Positions 60,789 through 64,000 of a stretch of 64,000 nt of DNA are shown here, one piece after another. Position numbers and translations under genes: made by a program. Origin of the DNA: Syntrophales bacterium (GTDB taxonomy: Bacteria; Desulfobacterota; Syntrophia; Syntrophales; UBA2185); NCBI GenBank assembly GCA_049512055.1, contig JBEKXK010000003.1, positions 9,282 to 73,281 on the forward strand, written 5' to 3'. Numbering within the stretch: position 1 is the stretch's first letter; each line of letters opens with the position of its first letter. The notes beneath the pieces are model-generated. The model did no database searches, had not been told where the DNA came from, and saw only the letters and a program-made list of their open reading frames with translations.

Positions 60789-61614
60789 TCATAATGATGA
60801 TTCTTTTCGAGAGACGACGGCAACACTGTGGTCCGAACAACATCGCGCTATGAGGTGGGCAAATGGCCTCATCAAAAGGTTCTTCTCAAGGCCCTCATTT
60901 ACATATTCCGAGAGATAATCCTTTTTACGGATTGGCCGGAATCCATATTGTGGCAACATATCACATAGGGTTTGCTCAGTAAAATGATACAGGTGATGGG
61001 GTAGCTGCCATCACTTCCATTGTTCCCATGTCTTCTGGGCATCCGTTCCTGCATAGCTGGGCACGTCGACCACCAGAAGCCCGCCCGGCTTCAGCCACTG
61101 CCATGTTTTCTTGAGATACACCCGCGGGTCAGGTGTGTGTTCCAGAAAATGCCACATGGTAATAATATCCCAGGATGCGCTTTCATAAGGCAGAGATGCT
61201 ATATCGCCGGTCTTCACCGGTATTTCAAGTCTTCCCTTCACATAGGCGGCTGCATCGTCAGATACCCTCCACGTGGTAACCATAATTGCGGCAGGCGAGG
61301 AGGAAATAGCCCATTCCGCATCCGATATCAAGCAGCCGTCCCCGCTTCTTTATACCGCGGAAGAAGCGCACGCGGTGATCCTCGTGGGACAGTCGCCGTT
61401 TCATCTCCGATGATCCCGGTTCTAAACCTTTGTCATACTGTTCCTGGAAGTAACTGCTTTGGTAAAGGGCGTCCCGCTCATTTTGGTCAGAACGAGGATC
61501 AAGAATACCGAGGCCACAATCCGAGCATCTGTAAACACTCCAATGTCCCTGCTGGTACAACAATGCGCGTCTCTCGCTGTTGCAAAGAACACATCTTGTG
61601 TCGGCGCGTTCCAT
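60789..61614 (-). pseudogene. Class I SAM-dependent methyltransferase with an N-terminal zinc ribbon, disrupted by one frameshift and one in-frame TGA
   Basis: There are three collinear pieces. (1) 61614-61258: CVLCNS...CSDCG...LLDIGCGMGYFLLACRNYGYHVEGI-stop. (2) A shifted frame down to 61014: VSDDAAAYVKG...FLEHTPDPRVYLKKTWQWLKPGGLLVVDVP, ending at the TGA at 61011-61013. (3) The same frame then continues WQLPHHLYHFTEQTLCDMLPQYGFRPIRK to the TGA at 60789-60791. Confidence 0.8.
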
Positions 61615-61630
61615 CGATTCAGCCCTTTTT

Positions 61631-62500
61631 TTATTCTTGACAGTTCTGTCGCATTGCCTTGCAGGTAATCCTGTATTTAATCAGTTTCGCCTCGGCCTTC
61701 GCCCTGTCCTTAAGAAAGGGTATCGTCAAATTAAGCATTGCTATCCGCCAGCGCGCCTGCAGGAGCTTTGCCCTCCTGATGCGTGCGATGCTTTCGGGTA
61801 GATAATGTTTGCCATAAAATAGAAGCTCGGCACTTGTTTTTTTCTGCCATATTTCTGACAGCGGAGTTTGACGCTCACTCTGCCCCCCCAGATGGACGAC
61901 AACCGCGGATTCTATATAACCGATCTCGAACCTTGACTTCCTGATTCTCAGGCACAGATCCTGATCCTCGCCGTAAAGGAAGAAGTCTTCATCAAACCCA
62001 CCGACAGCTTTCATCACGTCGGGACGAACAATCGTGCTTGAGCCCTGAACGCAGGCTATGGAACCTTTAAGGGGTGATAGCTCACGGCCAGTATACTTCT
62101 GTCCGGGATACCTGTAAGAGACCGATTCGTGGAGTGTGCCGTCAGGATTGGTTAATTTCGTGCCTGCCAGACCGATGTGCGGCATTGCATCCATGTACGA
62201 TAAGGCTTTCCCGAATGCCCCTGAAACTACCTCGGTATCCGGGTTGAGGAAAAAGAAGTAGCGTCCCCTGCACTGCGGCAGGACTTGGTTGTTGGCGGCA
62301 GCGAATCCCCTGTTCTCGGTGTTTGCAATGAGGCTGACGGAAGGGAAATTTTTCCGGATGAAGTCCGCACTTCCATCTGTTGATGCGTTGTCGACGACGA
62401 ATACCTCTTTGTTAATATCGTCAGCCGCATGGACGGAGGCGAGGCAAGTGCCAATTAGATCAGATGTATTATAAGATACAATGATAATAGACAAATCCAT
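61631..62500 (-). CDS. Family 2 glycosyltransferase
   Basis: 289 aa, LSIIIVSYNTSDLI..CL.S........EVFVVDNASTDGS and a DxD-like YGEDQDL. Confidence 0.88.
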   Translation of the reverse strand: MDLSIIIVSYNTSDLIGTCLASVHAADDINKEVFVVDNASTDGSADFIRKNFPSVSLIANTENRGFAAANNQVLPQCRGRYFFFLNPDTEVVSGAFGKALSYMDAMPHIGLAGTKLTNPDGTLHESVSYRYPGQKYTGRELSPLKGSIACVQGSSTIVRPDVMKAVGGFDEDFFLYGEDQDLCLRIRKSRFEIGYIESAVVVHLGGQSERQTPLSEIWQKKTSAELLFYGKHYLPESIARIRRAKLLQARWRIAMLNLTIPFLKDRAKAEAKLIKYRITCKAMRQNCQE

Positions 62501-62505
62501 GATAT

Positions 62506-63645
62506 TTATGAAGGACGTTTCATTAACTCATCATAGATGAGTTCGTATTTTCTTGCGACAGCCTCCCAGGAGTTATTCATGGCCGTCTCGTAGGCAGCTT
62601 CCCCCATCCTTATCCTCATTTCCCTTTTCAATAGAAGGCCTATTTTTTCACTGATTGCATCTATATCCGTTCTTTCTTCTATGACGAATCCATTGGTGCC
62701 TTGCTTTACAATGTCCTTCGCACCAACATTGCCGCTCAAGACGACGGGCAGGGAAGCAGCCATTGCCTCTAGGACCGTAATGCCGAATGTGTCGAATTTT
62801 GAAAGAATGGAAAACACATCGCTGGCCATATATATGGGTTCGAGTTTTTCTTTGTGGACGCCGGCGAAAATGACATCGTCGCCGATTCCCAGGCTCTTTG
62901 CCATTTGTCTGTATTTTTTTTCTTCACCTTTTCCCACGATGAGCAATTTTAGTTTTTCTTCCGGATTGTTCGATTTCGTTTTCGCTACTGCCGCCATGAG
63001 TGGATCAAGGCCCTTGATATCAAAGTTCATGGATACGAAGAGGATAACAATATCTGCTTGACCTATTCTCCAGAGGCTCCTGATTTCACGACGGCACAAT
63101 TCCCGGTCAAGGCTCCGAAATCTTCCCGAATCTATGCCGGGGTGAATAACCCGTGTACTCTCCGCGTCAATGTGATAGGCCTGCAGGAATTTTTCTTGCG
63201 CCAAATTGGATACGGAGATGAATCTTCTGCATCCTGAGCGCTCTACCAAAATTTTTTCCGTCCATTCCGTTGCACGATCATTGAGACTCATATTCTTCTT
63301 CCGGACTTCATGAATCCATAGTTTGTGGGGAATCCCGTGCATCGTATAAATATCGGCCCCAAATATCCTGTCATGGGCGTGAATAAGATCAAATTTCATC
63401 CTTGCCATTTTGTTTTTTGCGAAATGGGCAAAGCTCATGGTGGTTAAGAATTTCGGAAAATTAATAACTGGAACCTTATGGAATGCTACGCGTGGAGAGT
63501 TTGACGACCATCGGTTTGCGAAGACATGGATATCATAGCGGGGGTTCAGGGCAATACGCTTGGTAAGTTCCGCAACAAAATGTTCTGCTCCGCCCACGAG
63601 ACCATATTTGGGAATCGCGATAGCGATTTTGTGCACATCAGACAT
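62506..63645 (-). CDS. Family 4 (GT-B, group 1) glycosyltransferase
   Basis: 379 aa with a GGAEHF N-domain and the C-terminal E(x7)E region FDTFGITVLEAMAASLPVV.S...G..DIV..G.NGF. Confidence 0.85.
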   Translation of the reverse strand: MSDVHKIAIAIPKYGLVGGAEHFVAELTKRIALNPRYDIHVFANRWSSNSPRVAFHKVPVINFPKFLTTMSFAHFAKNKMARMKFDLIHAHDRIFGADIYTMHGIPHKLWIHEVRKKNMSLNDRATEWTEKILVERSGCRRFISVSNLAQEKFLQAYHIDAESTRVIHPGIDSGRFRSLDRELCRREIRSLWRIGQADIVILFVSMNFDIKGLDPLMAAVAKTKSNNPEEKLKLLIVGKGEEKKYRQMAKSLGIGDDVIFAGVHKEKLEPIYMASDVFSILSKFDTFGITVLEAMAASLPVVLSGNVGAKDIVKQGTNGFVIEERTDIDAISEKIGLLLKREMRIRMGEAAYETAMNNSWEAVARKYELIYDELMKRPS

Positions 63646-64000
63646 CTACTTTTTTGTTTCTTCCTCAATCTCATTAGATTGGCGGTATACCGTTTTGAAT
63701 GCTTCCACCTTGCACCACCAGGTCTCGTTCCATTCCATCGGGAGATTAGTGCTGCTGGTGCGGCCAACGGCTGCATGATCATATTTTCTGGGTGTCAGTT
63801 GTGGATAATCATTGGCAATGTCATGAAGAAAAACATGGTCTTCCTGTTTCATCAGAGTTGCCAGTTTACTCCCCCAGATAGCCTCGGTGGTGCAATTTCC
63901 ATCAAAGGTTTGCAGTCCTCCAGGTTTCTCAGGAGGATAAACCCGAAGAGGGATTCTTCGGACTTCGCTGCAATGTGGCGAATAGGCGAGTCCTCCCACT
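63646..64000 (-). CDS. Hypothetical protein, C-terminal part (gene continues beyond window end)
   Basis: The frame is open to the window edge. Its stop lies immediately 5' (on the minus strand) of the GT4 start, indicating the same operon. No family was recognised. Confidence 0.45.
   Translation of the reverse strand, partial: VGGLAYSPHCSEVRRIPLRVYPPEKPGGLQTFDGNCTTEAIWGSKLATLMKQEDHVFLHDIANDYPQLTPRKYDHAAVGRTSSTNLPMEWNETWWCKVEAFKTVYRQSNEIEEETKK

Noticed and set aside
60980-61013. Selenocysteine at the in-frame TGA of the methyltransferase
   Set aside because: I could see no SECIS-like stem-loop immediately 3' of the TGA. The same gene also carries a frameshift, and the position is not a catalytic Cys in this family.
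61020-61640. 206-aa plus-strand ORF overlapping the methyltransferase pseudogene
   Set aside because: It is Arg/Cys/Gly/Pro-rich with no motifs, and it is the mirror frame of a recognisable, though broken, methyltransferase on the minus strand.

Overview
This is a mostly core chromosomal window from a diderm bacterium (LptD, PilC and an LPS-heptose kinase are present). GC looks moderate by eye. The gene content resembles Desulfobacterota/Nitrospirota-type anaerobes, but that is inference only.

Layout:
- 1-10.2 kb: rimO (partial), ftsK and plsC on the minus strand. Then hldA-like kinase, DUF4416, yicC-gmk-rpoZ-pyrF, rlmB, an orphan pilC and tRNA-Pro.
- 10.3-14.8 kb: DUF1178, a 769-aa cysteine synthase::CysRS-like fusion, a Memo-like protein and an AMMECR1 protein.
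- 15.3-47.4 kb: tRNA Thr-Tyr-Gly-Thr, rpmG, tRNA-Trp, secE-nusG-rplKAJL-rpoBC, rpsLG-fusA-tuf, then complete S10/spc/alpha ribosomal operons through rplQ and its terminator.
- 47.5-56.6 kb: a stand-alone EF-Tu-domain-II-like protein, an MBL-fold hydrolase, folC, lptD, rplM-rpsI, argC and canonical cysS.
- 56.6-64 kb (minus strand): phzF-like, a Gate-domain membrane protein and a glycosyltransferase cluster that runs off the window.

Most notable:
- The CysK/CysM::CysRS fusion has diverged catalytic motifs. It lies next to two of the three AmmeMemoRadiSam components, and a normal cysS is encoded in the same window.
- Three reading-frame disruptions are visible by hand translation: an in-frame TAA in ftsK, a 1-nt frame break in rpmJ (invisible in the ORF track), and a frameshift plus in-frame TGA in a methyltransferase.
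- Two unusually long spacers lie inside the S10 operon.

No CRISPR array, rRNA or obvious mobile element was seen. All family calls rest on motif recognition by eye; no database search was possible.
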